Source: a virus
Reading direction: 5' to 3' (one strand)
IMG/VR virus record: IMGVR_UViG_3300045988_065177
Span: 20,466-84,465 of that record
Length of the DNA stretch: 64,000 nt
This document shows positions 39,894 through 51,126 of this stretch, one piece after another. The first letter of the stretch is position 1. The number at the start of each line of letters is the position of its first letter. The notes beneath the pieces were generated by a model that saw only the letters and a list, made by a program, of their open reading frames with translations, made no database searches and had not been told where the DNA came from. Position numbers and translations under genes: made by a program.

Positions 39894-39966
39894 TCCCCTG
39901 TAGTTTAGTTGGTCAGAACACTAGATTTGTAATCTTGTGACCTCGGTTCGAATCCGAGTGGGGGAT
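39894..39966 (+). tRNA. tRNA-Thr(UGU)
   Basis: TCCCCTG-TA-GTTT-AGTTGGTCA-GAAC-A-CTAGA-TTTGTAA-TCTTG-TGAC-CTCGG-TTCGAAT-CCGAG-TGGGGGA-T. Confidence 0.55.
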
Positions 39967-40705
39967 CTATTATTAATTAGATTAATTATATGACTAGATT
40001 AGAAAAGTATTTATTAGCAACAGCTTCCGAGATTATCGAAGCTGAAACCACTGTTTCTCGTTATTTTGTTATAGGTAATGTAAAAATACGAGTATCAGAC
40101 CATTGGAGTAAAAATAGTGATGCGGATTTGCACGTTCTTGTTCCTTATAATGGAGGAACTAAGTATATAGTAACTACTAAAGACAGTCCTGGAAAATTTC
40201 TAATTTGGAACGCTAACCAAATCAAGGATTTTATTCCATCATTGCAAATAATGAAAGGACTTAAAGAGTCTGTTACTTCTGCACCAAAACCGAAAGATTC
40301 TGCTGTACAAAAGATTCAACTGGCTTTAAATAATACAAATCCAGATGCAAATTCCTTAGAATTTGATGGAAATATTATTGAATCCAGATTGAAGGAGAAA
40401 AATCTTACTGCAAAGCAGAGAGAAGTATTAAGAAGAGCTAAATCAACTTGGGATATTTCTCAGATTGGAACATTACCTAGCATGGTAAAAGTAGACCTAG
40501 GGTTAAGTAATGGTTCTATAAATGAGGATGTCCAGATTTTCTTAACTTGTACTTCATTGACTTACAATGAGTTTTTGAACATTTACAAGATAATTGTTGT
40601 AGATAATCATAAGACTCCAACTATTAAATTACTGCAAGAGGCTTATAGTCTGATTGCGTAATCAGGATACAAGATTTTCATACGGGTTCGAATCCCGTTA
40701 CTATG

Positions 40706-40740
40706 TACCCCAGCAGCGAAAGTTGTTGGGGTATTTTTGT
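40706..40740 (+). terminator. Rho-independent terminator after CDS 39990..40661 and a tRNA 3'-fragment-like element
   Basis: TACCCCAGCAGCGAAAGTTGTTGGGGTA hairpin followed by TTTTTGT. Confidence 0.45.
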
Positions 40741-42791
40741 TAATAAATTATTTAAAAGTATGAAGTATTTAGTATGTACCAGATGTGGTGGGTTAATGGA
40801 AAGCCCAGAGATTTATTTTAGCAGGCCTTCTAATATCATTGAGGCTGATTCAGAAGAAGAAGCTCGTAAGATATACGATAAGAAGAATAACTGTAGTTAT
40901 TTTTATGGATCAGTGTTAGGTCATGAAGAAAACGGGAGTTTTATTTTGACTAATGATTTTATAAGTAAATATAAGTTTGATATGTTTCTAAATCTAGCAC
41001 AGAATGAGAAAAACATTTGAATTTGTAAAAGTGGGAGGAGTCTGGTTTTATTGGTGGCCAGATTTCGACGGAGACCCGGGAGAGCTAGCTATGGTTGGAG
41101 GGGCTGACGATCTTCTTGATTCTCTTGATGATAGATTTGTTAGGTTGCAGATGGTTGACCCTTCTGTAGCTAAGATTGTTCTATCTAAGATTGAAGAAGA
41201 TGAGAATGGAGCTACTTACTTGTGTAAGAGTAAGAACTATAACGATAGAGTTTGGATTTGTCCAGTAACTCTACTAGTATTTAACGAATATCCTCAAAAC
41301 ATTTATTTGTCTGAATTATAAGTGGAAGCGAGGATTATTATAACGAAAAGTGTGATGAAGGATTGTACTGCGATTAAAGTCATTACTGAAGCTCTGGAAG
41401 AATACGAAAATAATTTCAACCATAAGATAAGTATCTTAGAAAGCAAGATTATTCTCTATGAAAAGGAGAGAAAAGCTATTATAAGACATCTTAAGGAAGG
41501 AAATATAGAATTACTAAAGAGTTATTTTGAAATTGAAAATGAAGGAGTATTACCTAGTTAAGTACAAGAACAACATTCCATTCATTGTAGGTCAATACGA
41601 TACTGAGGAAGAGGCTAAGAAGGCAAAATACCAAGAAAGTCCTGATTCTGAGCTTATGATAGTAGTTAATATTGAAAGACTAAAAAATGCAGAGTCTGAC
41701 AAGAACTACTATCACAATCTCTGCAAGGAAGTTTCTGGTAAAATGAATACCATGATAGCCTTATATAATAGAGTTATTTCTGATATAAAGGCAGTGGTTA
41801 GGGATTATGATTATCAAGACCTCCTACGATAAAGACCTACTAGGGAACGAGATAAGAGGTACTAATACTTCTTACTATGGATTGTCTGCGCTTCAAGCGT
41901 GTCAAGATGACATTCGCCAAGACATTGCAAAATGTTTATTTAAGGACTGTGTGGTAGATAGTGGACATAAAGGGATAATTATAGGATTCGAAGATAATAA
42001 CCAGTTCTTTGATTATTACTACATCGTCTACGTTCCAGAACTTGATAAAGTTGTCCACCAACTTTGCAACGATTCAAAATTTATTAATTCTATTGGGATA
42101 TGAAAGGAAAAATTTTAATTATTTTAATGATTAGTATTGTATTTGGATTTGTGACAGGTTATTCATTACATCATTTAGTTCATAAAGAACAATCTGAAGT
42201 AATGTTACTTCCAGAGAATCCATATTACTTATTAGAAGAAATTAACGAAGAAGTTTTATTTAAAACTCTTCAACATTTTGATTGTCCTATTCCAGCCACT
42301 GTTACAGCACAAGCTGTTCTAGAAACTGGAAATTTTAAATCTAAATTATGTTTAGAAAAGAATAATTTATTCGGGCTTTATAATTCAAAAAAACACGAAT
42401 ATTTTGAATTTGACAGTTGGATAAGTTGTATATTTGCATATAAAGATATGATTTATTCCAGATATAATCCAAAGAAAGAGGATTATTGGCAATTCTTGGA
42501 GAGCATAGGATATGCAGAAGACCCTGAATACGTAAATAAAGTCAAAACTTTAAGAGCCAAAATTCTCCAAAAGTATGATAAACATTAAAGATAGAAAACG
42601 GGCCAACTTTAAGATTTTAACTAGACTGGCTCAAATCATAGAATGTAGTCCGTATTTGCGATTCCAGCAAATATTATCTAATTACAAAGTCTGTGAATTA
42701 GGTAAGGATAAGTTCTACGAAGAGAGTATAAAAACTCTTAGGAATTTAGAGGAAGAAATGAACAAAAAGTTGAACACTTAATAGATTTAAA

Positions 42792-44807
42792 ATGGAATTT
42801 AAGAATTTTAAGAAAGATGTAGAAGCTGCTTTCAACAATATGATTGCAGAAAACCTGTTTGTTGCTAATGTTGATAAAGACCTCCTTTGGATGGGCTATC
42901 TTCTGTCGTTTGAAGATGAAACTATTAGACAAGACCATAACTGCAATGCCTGTAAATCTTTTATCCGGCATTATGGTAAAGTTGTAGCGATTGACCCTCA
43001 AACGTATAAGATTAAAACATTCTGGGACGATGTGCATACTCCTGGATATGAGAAAACAGCACAGGCTCTAGCTAAATTAGTTAAGGAAGCTGGAATAGGA
43101 GACGTCTTTATTCAAGATGTGAACGAATTTCATGGTTGTGACCATAATGTTCAACTACTTCCTGATGGAACAACTAGAACTTGGACGCATCTATATGTGA
43201 CTATTCCGAATAACTTCAAATTCAACAAACGAGTTCATGGTTTTGACTCTGCTGCTGGTTACAGAGGAGATGTCAGAGCAAGAGCTGGAGTATTTGAACG
43301 CTCCATCAATGAGCTTAAGCTAGAGGCAGTTGAAACTGTTATTGAGCTTATAGAAGGAAATAATCTCTATAGAGGTGCAGAGTTCTTGAAGAGTTTGGAG
43401 GAATTTAGAAGAACATTGGTTGCCGCCCAAACTCTGAGTCCAGAAGTAAGAACTAACTATTGCTGGTTAAACTTTAAGTCTCCTATAGCTAAGATTAGAA
43501 ACATGGCTATGGGAACTTTACTTATTGATCTAAGTAATGGTGTAGATTTGGAGAGAGCCGTAAGGGCATATGAAAACATCATGGCTCCTGCTAACTATAA
43601 GAGACCTACTGCTCTTATTACTAAGAAGCAAATTGAAGCTGCTCAGAAGAAAGTAGAAGAGCTGGGTCTTACTGATGCACTTCCTCGTCGTCACGCTCAC
43701 GTAGAAGATATTTCTGTGAATGATGTTCTATTCGTAAATAGAGATACTAGAGCAAAGATGAAGGGAGGAATGTTTGATATGCTCTCCGAAACTTCTACAG
43801 TAAATCCAAAAGAGTTTACCAAAGCCCAAGAGGTTTCTGCTGATGCCTTTGTCAAGAATGTACTTCCAGGAGCTAAGGAGGTTTCTATCTTGGTAGAGAA
43901 CAGACACATTCCCAACTTTGTTACTCTGACTGCTCCTGAAAATCCGGATGCTGGACAGTTGTTCAAGTGGAATAACAACTTTGCTTGGGTTTATAATGGT
44001 TCTGTAGCTGATTCTTTCAAGGAGAAAGTAAAGGCTGCTGGTGGAAATGTAGACGGCTTCATGAGATGCTCTCTTCACTGGTTTAATTATGATGACCTTG
44101 ACCTTCATGTAACCGAGCCTGGAGGAAGAGAAATCTATTATGGAAGCAAGACTGGTTATACTGGAGGAACTCTTGATGTTGACATGAACGCAGGTTCTGG
44201 AAAAACTAGAGATGCTGTTGAGAACATCATATGGACAGACCCTAGCAGACTAAGACCAGGGGATTATGTGGTAAGAGTGCATAACTTCAATAAGAGAGAA
44301 AGTATTGATTTTGGTTTCGAAATGGAAATCGAGATTAATGGAGAACTTCATAAGTTCAACTATGATAAGATGGTGTCAGACAGAGAATATATTGCGGTAG
44401 CAATTATCAAGGTAGATTCTATTGGTAATATAACCCTAAGTCCGGTAATTGCCGAAGGTGCAACTTCATACAAGTCTATGAACGAGTGGGGCATTGATAC
44501 TATGCGTTTCCAAACTGTTTCTTGCATCATGTATTCTCCAAATTATTGGGAAGGTAATGAAATAGGAAACAAGCACCTATTCTTCATGATTGATGGATGT
44601 AAAAATCCTGACCCAGTTCGAGGATTCTTCAATGAATATCTGAGACCCGATCTCGAAAAAGATCATAAGAGAGTATTCGAAGCTATTGGCTCTAGAGCTA
44701 AAGCAGAATACAACGATAACCAGTTGAGTGGACTGGGATTCTCTAGTACGTCTCACGACGAGGTTGTAGTTAAAGTTGATAATAAACCATTTAAAATTAA
44801 ATTCTAA
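42792..44807 (+). CDS. Large conserved hypothetical protein (671 aa); function not recognised
   Basis: Intact ORF with a higher-GC codon usage than its neighbours. It has an N-terminal CNACKSF Cys pair and a Gly-rich central region (YYGSKTGYTGGTLDVDMNAGSGKT). I cannot assign a family. Confidence 0.45.
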   Translation: MEFKNFKKDVEAAFNNMIAENLFVANVDKDLLWMGYLLSFEDETIRQDHNCNACKSFIRHYGKVVAIDPQTYKIKTFWDDVHTPGYEKTAQALAKLVKEAGIGDVFIQDVNEFHGCDHNVQLLPDGTTRTWTHLYVTIPNNFKFNKRVHGFDSAAGYRGDVRARAGVFERSINELKLEAVETVIELIEGNNLYRGAEFLKSLEEFRRTLVAAQTLSPEVRTNYCWLNFKSPIAKIRNMAMGTLLIDLSNGVDLERAVRAYENIMAPANYKRPTALITKKQIEAAQKKVEELGLTDALPRRHAHVEDISVNDVLFVNRDTRAKMKGGMFDMLSETSTVNPKEFTKAQEVSADAFVKNVLPGAKEVSILVENRHIPNFVTLTAPENPDAGQLFKWNNNFAWVYNGSVADSFKEKVKAAGGNVDGFMRCSLHWFNYDDLDLHVTEPGGREIYYGSKTGYTGGTLDVDMNAGSGKTRDAVENIIWTDPSRLRPGDYVVRVHNFNKRESIDFGFEMEIEINGELHKFNYDKMVSDREYIAVAIIKVDSIGNITLSPVIAEGATSYKSMNEWGIDTMRFQTVSCIMYSPNYWEGNEIGNKHLFFMIDGCKNPDPVRGFFNEYLRPDLEKDHKRVFEAIGSRAKAEYNDNQLSGLGFSSTSHDEVVVKVDNKPFKIKF

Positions 44808-45585
44808 TTATGTACAAACAAGCGTCTAAAATGAAGTTGCGCTTTGCAACTAGTAAAGGTAATTTGAGTGTGGAAGATTTGTGGGACTTAAGTCTGCCTG
44901 CATTGGACAGACTGGCAGTGTCCTATGACGAAGAATTAGCCAAGAGTCCTAGAAAATCTTTCATAACTAATGATACTCCTAGCAATAGCGAACTGGAGTT
45001 AAAGTTCAATATTGTGAAAGATGTTATCACTGATAAGCTGAAAGACAAGGCCGCTAGAGAAGCAGCTAAAGATAAGGCAGCTGAGAAGGCACGCCTGACT
45101 GAACTGCTGGCTAAGAAACAGTCTGAGAAAATGGAAAGTATGTCCGAAGATGAAATCAGACAACGACTTGCAGAACTCGGATAATTGTGTCGTATTGAAA
45201 ACAGTTAGTCCACAAATCTTAGATAAACTAAGGGAAAGTGGATTGACTGTTTGTACGTGTTGTGAATTTCCTGGTACAGCCTGGTTAGTATTCAGACCAA
45301 ATATGCCTACATCGGATATTCACGGTGAGGGGTATGATTTCGAAGAGATAGGACTTTTTGGAACAGAGGCTGTTCTCAAATACTTCGAAGCTAACACTCC
45401 GAATTATGTAGATTGCGGAACTGATGTCGATAAATTTATTAACATTTGTTTGCAGTTTAAATAAGTTAACGGTTTTTAACTTTGAATTTAACACTTGTAC
45501 TGTTATTATAGTAAGTTGATTAGCGGTACGTGAGTATAGCTAATTACTATGCCCGAATGGTGGAATTGGTAGACACGTCAGATTT

Positions 45586-46402
45586 AGAAAAAGAAATGTT
45601 CTTTCTTATTAATCTATTTTAACAGAATTTTATAGGAAGTCACAAATTTTTATTATATCTATGTGTATATAAAAATATACATAATGAGTAAAAGAAAATG
45701 GACTGATGAACAACTGATTGAGGCTGTTAAAACTAGTTTATCTTATGCAGAAGTAATGAGAAAATTAGGACTTAAAGCAGCTGGCAGTAACTATGATACT
45801 GTTAAGAACAAGATTAAAGAATATAATTTAGATACCTCACATATGACTGGTAAAGTTTGGAATCAAGGAGAACGATACAAGCCAGTTAAAACTTCCAGAC
45901 CTTTAGAAGAAGTTTTAGTAGAAAACTCTACATGGGTAAATACTAATAATTTACGTAAAAGACTTCTTAAGGAAGGTATCAAGGAATATAAATGTGAGTG
46001 TTGTGGCAGGACTGAGTGGTTAGGAAAACCTATAGCTCTAGAACTGCATCATGTAAATGGTATAAAAGATGATTTAAGGATAGAAAATTTACAACTTCTG
46101 TGTCCTAATTGTCATGCCTTTACTGATAATTATAGAGGAAAGAACAAGGGTATGAATGCCCAAGAGGAAACTCTTGGAGTAGAAGCAGGCTAATTCGGTG
46201 AAGGTATCAGCCCTATAAATGGTAATAACGCCGAGCTAAGTTAAAAAGAATAAGATAACAAGAACCTCTGTTAAGCTAGAACGTAGCTTCATACGGATGA
46301 ACTTACTTCTTTTTATAAATGTGTAGAGACTATACACCTGCAACCTAAGTCAGAATTGATATGGTTAAGACATAGTCCAAGCAATCTTTTATAGATTGTA
46401 TG
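45586..46402 (+). mobile_element. Group I intron (about 817 nt) carrying an HNH homing endonuclease ORF
   Basis: Lies between the two halves of tRNA-Leu(UAA). The 5' exon ends in U and the intron ends in G. It contains ORF 45663..46193. Confidence 0.55.
45663..46193 (+). CDS. HNH homing endonuclease (intron-encoded)
   Basis: ...ECCGRTEWLGKPIALELHHVNGIKDDLRIENLQLLCPNCHAF..., an HNH motif with Cys pairs. The N-terminal domain WTDEQLIEAVKTSLSYAEVMRKLGL is typical of intron HEG DNA-binding modules. Confidence 0.65.
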   Translation: MYIKIYIMSKRKWTDEQLIEAVKTSLSYAEVMRKLGLKAAGSNYDTVKNKIKEYNLDTSHMTGKVWNQGERYKPVKTSRPLEEVLVENSTWVNTNNLRKRLLKEGIKEYKCECCGRTEWLGKPIALELHHVNGIKDDLRIENLQLLCPNCHAFTDNYRGKNKGMNAQEETLGVEAG

Positions 46403-46644
46403 AAGCTCTGATGCCCAGTAATGGGCGTGTGGGTTCGAGTCCCACTTCGGGTACTAATTTAATATCAATAATATGGAAAGATATATAGAAGAACTTATTG
46501 AAATATATAGAAAAAATACTCTAAAGTCAGATGAAGAATTAGAATCTCTGAAGAGTTTACTTAGAAATGTTCATCGTGATGGATTTATAGCAGGAGAAGA
46601 ATCAATAATTAATGTTGTGGATAAACTAACAAAACGTAACTAAT

Positions 46645-47556
46645 ATGAACAGTGTATTTTTTGGAAATGAAGGGTTGACTTCTACGTCAGCAAACTTCTA
46701 TGCGAACATCGCACAAGAAATGATTCAAGCAGCACAGGAACGCTTGAATAATGTGAAATTCTTTCAAGTATCTGTAGCCTCTATCGGTGGAGGAGAAAAG
46801 CAGTTAATGACAGTAGGACAAAAGTCCCTTGACTTTATAAAAGATGATTTGGAAAAGGTCGCTGCCATGAATAGTTTTTGTGCTTGGGTACGAGAAGCTA
46901 TTAAAGAGAAAGAAGGAATGATTGGCAAAGTATCTGCTACTATGCTTGATGATTGGGCAGAAAGTCAGGGAATAGGACTGCCAGAGCAGCCTAAGTATCC
47001 AGAAGCTCTACCTTCTCCGACTGAAGAGACTATCATAAAGTCGTGGGATATTAACAAGAGAAATAAATTCCTAAGATTAGAGGCGTTTGCTTCTACCTAT
47101 GGAAAGTATATTCATCCAAAAGGAGCCTTTAGTAAAGCACGAAAAGAAGTTCATGCAGCTGAGAATTGTCCTATCTATAAGGAAGGCTCTGGAAGAGATT
47201 TAATTCTCTACTACCAAGACCCTACCATCGAAGTAGAAAAAGTGGACAATATGTTCATGTCTCTTCAAGACACCTATCGTTCTTACGAGAAGGAGTTAAA
47301 TGCTCTTAAAGCTGAGCTTAAGGAGGAGGTTAATAAACTTTCTAACACTCAAGAACAAGAGTATCGTGAGAAAATGGCTGAATTTAAAGCAAAATACGAC
47401 AAATATACCTCCGAATTAGGAGAGTTGAGAAGTCGTTTCAATAGTTGGAAAACTTCTGAAATGGAACGTATTTCCAAACTAAAAATCGCTTTGCCTAAGA
47501 ATCTTTTAGATATTTTCGAAGAGATTAGGAGACAAGGCGACTCTTCCTCTAAGTAA
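46645..47556 (+). CDS. Hypothetical protein (303 aa), coiled-coil C-terminus
   Basis: Intact ORF ending in TAA. Confidence 0.4.
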   Translation: MNSVFFGNEGLTSTSANFYANIAQEMIQAAQERLNNVKFFQVSVASIGGGEKQLMTVGQKSLDFIKDDLEKVAAMNSFCAWVREAIKEKEGMIGKVSATMLDDWAESQGIGLPEQPKYPEALPSPTEETIIKSWDINKRNKFLRLEAFASTYGKYIHPKGAFSKARKEVHAAENCPIYKEGSGRDLILYYQDPTIEVEKVDNMFMSLQDTYRSYEKELNALKAELKEEVNKLSNTQEQEYREKMAEFKAKYDKYTSELGELRSRFNSWKTSEMERISKLKIALPKNLLDIFEEIRRQGDSSSK

Positions 47557-47949
47557 TTAGAGGACTTCCGTAGGAAGCTAACATAACATACTTAACAGGA
47601 ATAATTATGAACAGTATATTCTTAAATCCGCATGGATTTAATCTTTATTCGCTGGCTACACAAAAATTTACAACCTACTCTCTAATTGAGAGTCTTTGTC
47701 TTAGTCTTTGTTAGTGTAGCTAGGTCTTTGACTACGGCTTCATCTTTGCCTGCGCGTTAGCTTCCTACATAGCTCGTCAACCACGTGTTGAAGGAGTTAC
47801 GGAATCCCTTCGGGATTCTAGCCTTTTGCTTCAGTTACAAGTAATCTTTAAACTTGGTGACTATTATCCCAAATTCTCAACAAGATGAAGAGGGAGGTTG
47901 ACCAACCTAATAATGGTACAAGCTCTTCGGAGTGATAGGAGTGGGGAAA

Positions 47950-47990
47950 GTATCTGGTGAAGCACAGATACTGGAACCACTCTTTTTTTT
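47950..47990 (+). terminator. Putative terminator at the end of a candidate ncRNA region
   Basis: GTATCTG-gtgaagca-CAGATAC hairpin, then GGAACCACTC and T8. Confidence 0.3.
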
Positions 47991-48030
47991 GATAGATAAA
48001 ATGATTATTAACTAATTTAAATTAAGAAAA

Positions 48031-48204
48031 ATGAAGAAAGTACTATTGCTTTTCGGAATGGTTGCACTGATGTCTGCTTGTGCAGGTAATACAAAGACTC
48101 AGGCTCCAGAAAACGATTCTATCGCAATCGTTAAAGAAGTTGCTGACACAATGAGTGTAGACACTCTAGGTGTGGATAGTCTTGTAATTGATAGTATTCA
48201 GTAA
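48031..48204 (+). CDS. Small lipoprotein (57 aa)
   Basis: MKKVLLLFGMVALMSACAGNTKTQAPEND...; a Bacteroidetes-type lipobox. Not in the ORF track because it is under 60 aa. Confidence 0.35.
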   Translation: MKKVLLLFGMVALMSACAGNTKTQAPENDSIAIVKEVADTMSVDTLGVDSLVIDSIQ

Positions 48205-49252
48205 TATGGATTTTATCGCAACCAGAGTCAATGAACTCTTAAGTAGGGTATCTCCTATTAAGCGATGGCTTATTTCTGATGTTGCGAATGAATATTATCG
48301 AGCAGGATATCAAGATGGTCAGAAACTAGTCTACAGAAATGTGTTAAAGGGAAGCGCATTGAGAGAGTTTATCGAAATTCTAAATCATTGCGGAATTAAA
48401 CTTAGTTACAACTTACGTAAGGGTGGGCTACTGGTCAGTGTAAGAACTGATAAGTTGTCCAACTTACAGAATCTTGTTAATTGTTACAAAAATGAGCAAA
48501 ACAAAGAGAACAGTCCTGACAAGGGATGATTGTCCCCCATTGGAGGAACAATACAAAAGCATTATGGAGAACTTTGATTTTGATAAGGTTCTGGAGTATA
48601 TGCAGTGGAACAAGAGTCATAGAGAATATGATGACGAGGGTCGCTGTATAGGCAAAAGTACATGGAAAATGTACGTAGGTCCGAACGAACACAGAGTTCC
48701 TACTCTTTACGAACTATCCAGAAATGCTAGTATACTACTAAGAGAAGTAATGAAGCTGTACAATGACAACAAAAGTCCTTATCTTTCTATAGCTACTGGA
48801 CCATTCAAGGTTATTTGCAGATATGGGATGCTGGAACTTATAGCTTGCCTAGAAACTTGGAGTTATGATTGAATTTAATCAGATTTTTTGTGAGGATTTG
48901 AAAGATGATTTCGAGGAAGCTGGTAGGCATGAGAGAAATTTCGAGCTAGATGAGTTCATTCAGAAGGATTTGAGTAGAGCTTTTGCTTTTGGTTATTGTC
49001 ACTTAGATTGGATAAAAGAAAAAATGTGGTTTCCAGCCTCTATTAGAAAAGCCTTGAGGCATCTTGGGGATAATTTGGAAGACTTCATTCCACAAATTAA
49101 GTGGCTTAATGAGAAGTATGGAGCTGTAGGAAAGAGAGTTAGAATAAGTGATTATGCAAACTATATTTTAGATAATATATTTTGTGATAATCAAGACGAC
49201 CTGCTAAAGATAGCAATACTACTAGGAACTAATCTCAGGACCAATACTCAGA

Positions 49253-49714
49253 ATGAGTAATTTAGAGGTCTTTACCGATGGGGCTTTTAGTTCGTCTAGA
49301 AATACAGGAGGGGTAGGAGTTGTATTCGTAATTGATGGGAAAAAATCCTATGAATTTAGTAAGGTGATTCCAAATACTACTAACAACAAATGTGAGTTGT
49401 TAGCTGTAATATATGCTCTCAATGCAGTAAGTCGTAAGATAGAATCTCTTACTATCTATTCAGATTCTCAGTATGTCATAGGATGTGCTACGAAAGGATG
49501 GAAAAGAAAAAAGAATGTAGAATTGTGGAACTTGTATGACAAAGTTTTTGCTAAAGCAAGCCAGTTTTGCTCTGACATAAAATTTTGTTGGGTTAAGGGA
49601 CATACTTCAAATTCTGATTTCTTTTCTGAGATGAATAATTTAGCAGATAAATTAGCAGTTGAAGCAAGTCAAGAATATGAAACTAAGAAAGAACAAAAAC
49701 AAGAGACTCATTAA
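49253..49714 (+). CDS. rnhA: Ribonuclease H (RNase HI-like)
   Basis: VFTDGA...GGVGVV...NNKCELLAVIYAL...IYSDSQYVIG...WVKGH...N..AD.LA; these are the catalytic D-E-D-D motif positions. Confidence 0.65.
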   Translation: MSNLEVFTDGAFSSSRNTGGVGVVFVIDGKKSYEFSKVIPNTTNNKCELLAVIYALNAVSRKIESLTIYSDSQYVIGCATKGWKRKKNVELWNLYDKVFAKASQFCSDIKFCWVKGHTSNSDFFSEMNNLADKLAVEASQEYETKKEQKQETH

Positions 49715-50109
49715 AGAGGCTATGAAGTTCTATCCGTTTGATTATGGTTTTGTTCTCTCCCTAGAGAAACAAGCTTTAATTAGAATGTATGAATACTTCA
49801 AAGTATCTAGAATTGCTGAAGGTAACGAAGTTGTTGAAAAGAATCTAAAACTCGCACTAGGACTTTTAGATATTGTTCTAGAGATAGATTCTGCCTATCA
49901 TTGTGATTTCAGACCTGGGTCTGAAGGATTCGTAGATAGGCACATAAACATTAAGAACTGGAAACGATTCTGGCCTAAAGCTGCTGATCTTGATTTGAGT
50001 AAACCTATTCTTCAAGACCATTTGAGAAGAGAAAAAGCCTGGTACTTGTACAATAAACTTAAGTTTGAACGTATGAGAACTTGGTGGGATTAATTTAATT
50101 AATTTAATT

Positions 50110-51126
50110 ATGAAGAGAATTTTTAGTATTATTTGTTTGTGTTTAATGTGTGCATTTGCTAGCGCACAAGTTGTTGAAACTGGAAGTTTGAAAGATAACT
50201 GGTATGTTTCTGGTAATGTAGGTACTACAATTTGGGACAACTCAAGAAGTTGGGCTGAACCTCGTGATGTATTAGTAAATATTGCGGTGGGTAAAGAAAT
50301 TACTCCTATCTTTGGCTTGGAGTTAGACATGACGGCTGGAATGAATCAAGGAAATAAGACATTCTTTGATTCACATAATTTGACAGCTAATGTTACTACT
50401 AATCTTACTAACTTGATATGTGGATATAACGGAGATAGACGTCTGTTTGAACCTATATTAATTGTTGGTGCTGGTTGGTATCATACTTATGGAGATGTCT
50501 ATAATAATGTATCCGCCCGTGGAGCCGTTAGATGTAACTTTAATATCTCTAATAGATGGGCATTAAATGTTACTCCTGAGTATATGTTACTTCCCAAGAC
50601 TTCCCCTCTGAATCATGAGTTTAATGTCTATATTGGTGCTACCTATCGCTTTAAGTCTAGCAAGGGGGACTTTCCAATTATGAAGTTGTATAGTGATGCC
50701 GAGGTTGAAAGCCTAAACGCTTCTATTAATGAGTTGAGAGCCAAGAATGAGGAACTTATGGCTCGTAAACCAATAGAAATTGTTAAGACGGACACAATCG
50801 AAATTACTAAAGTAGAGCTTTTGACTCCAAAAATTCAATTCCTTCAAAATTCTTCAGAGATTTCTAAAACTTCCAATGTGGCTGTCTCAGAACTAGCTTC
50901 CTATATTTCTAATAGTGGAAAAACTTATGTGATTGAGGGATATGCTTCGGAAGAAGGTCCAGAAGAGTTTAATAATAACCTTGCTGTAGCTAGGGCAGAA
51001 TCTATGAAGAAGGCTCTGATTAGCTATGGTGCTCCAGAGGATAAATTGGTTGTTAAGGGATGTGGAATTACCACTGAATTTGGAGATAATGAATTTAATC
51101 GTATCGTAATAATTTCCGAACAATGA
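50110..51126 (+). CDS. OmpA-family outer-membrane protein (beta-barrel plus C-terminal OmpA peptidoglycan-binding domain)
   Basis: Signal peptide MKRIFSIICLCLMCAFASAQ. C-terminal ...TYVIEGYASEEGPEEFNNNLAVARAESMKKALISYGAPEDKLVVKGCG. Confidence 0.55.
   Translation: MKRIFSIICLCLMCAFASAQVVETGSLKDNWYVSGNVGTTIWDNSRSWAEPRDVLVNIAVGKEITPIFGLELDMTAGMNQGNKTFFDSHNLTANVTTNLTNLICGYNGDRRLFEPILIVGAGWYHTYGDVYNNVSARGAVRCNFNISNRWALNVTPEYMLLPKTSPLNHEFNVYIGATYRFKSSKGDFPIMKLYSDAEVESLNASINELRAKNEELMARKPIEIVKTDTIEITKVELLTPKIQFLQNSSEISKTSNVAVSELASYISNSGKTYVIEGYASEEGPEEFNNNLAVARAESMKKALISYGAPEDKLVVKGCGITTEFGDNEFNRIVIISEQ

Larger units (their letters stand above)
45551..46453 (+). tRNA. tRNA-Leu(UAA) interrupted in the anticodon loop by a group I intron (exons 45551..45585 and 46403..46453)
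   Basis: 5' exon GCCCGAA-TG-GTGG-AATTGGTAGAC-ACG-TCAGA-TTT|. 3' exon |AAGC-TCTGA-TGCCCAGTAATGGGCGT-GTGGG-TTCGAGT-CCCAC-TTCGGGT-A. Joined, they give a canonical type II tRNA-Leu with loop TTTAAGC. The intron sits between nt 34 and 35, as in the classic cyanobacterial and plastid tRNA-Leu(UAA) intron. The last intron nucleotide is G. Confidence 0.65.
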
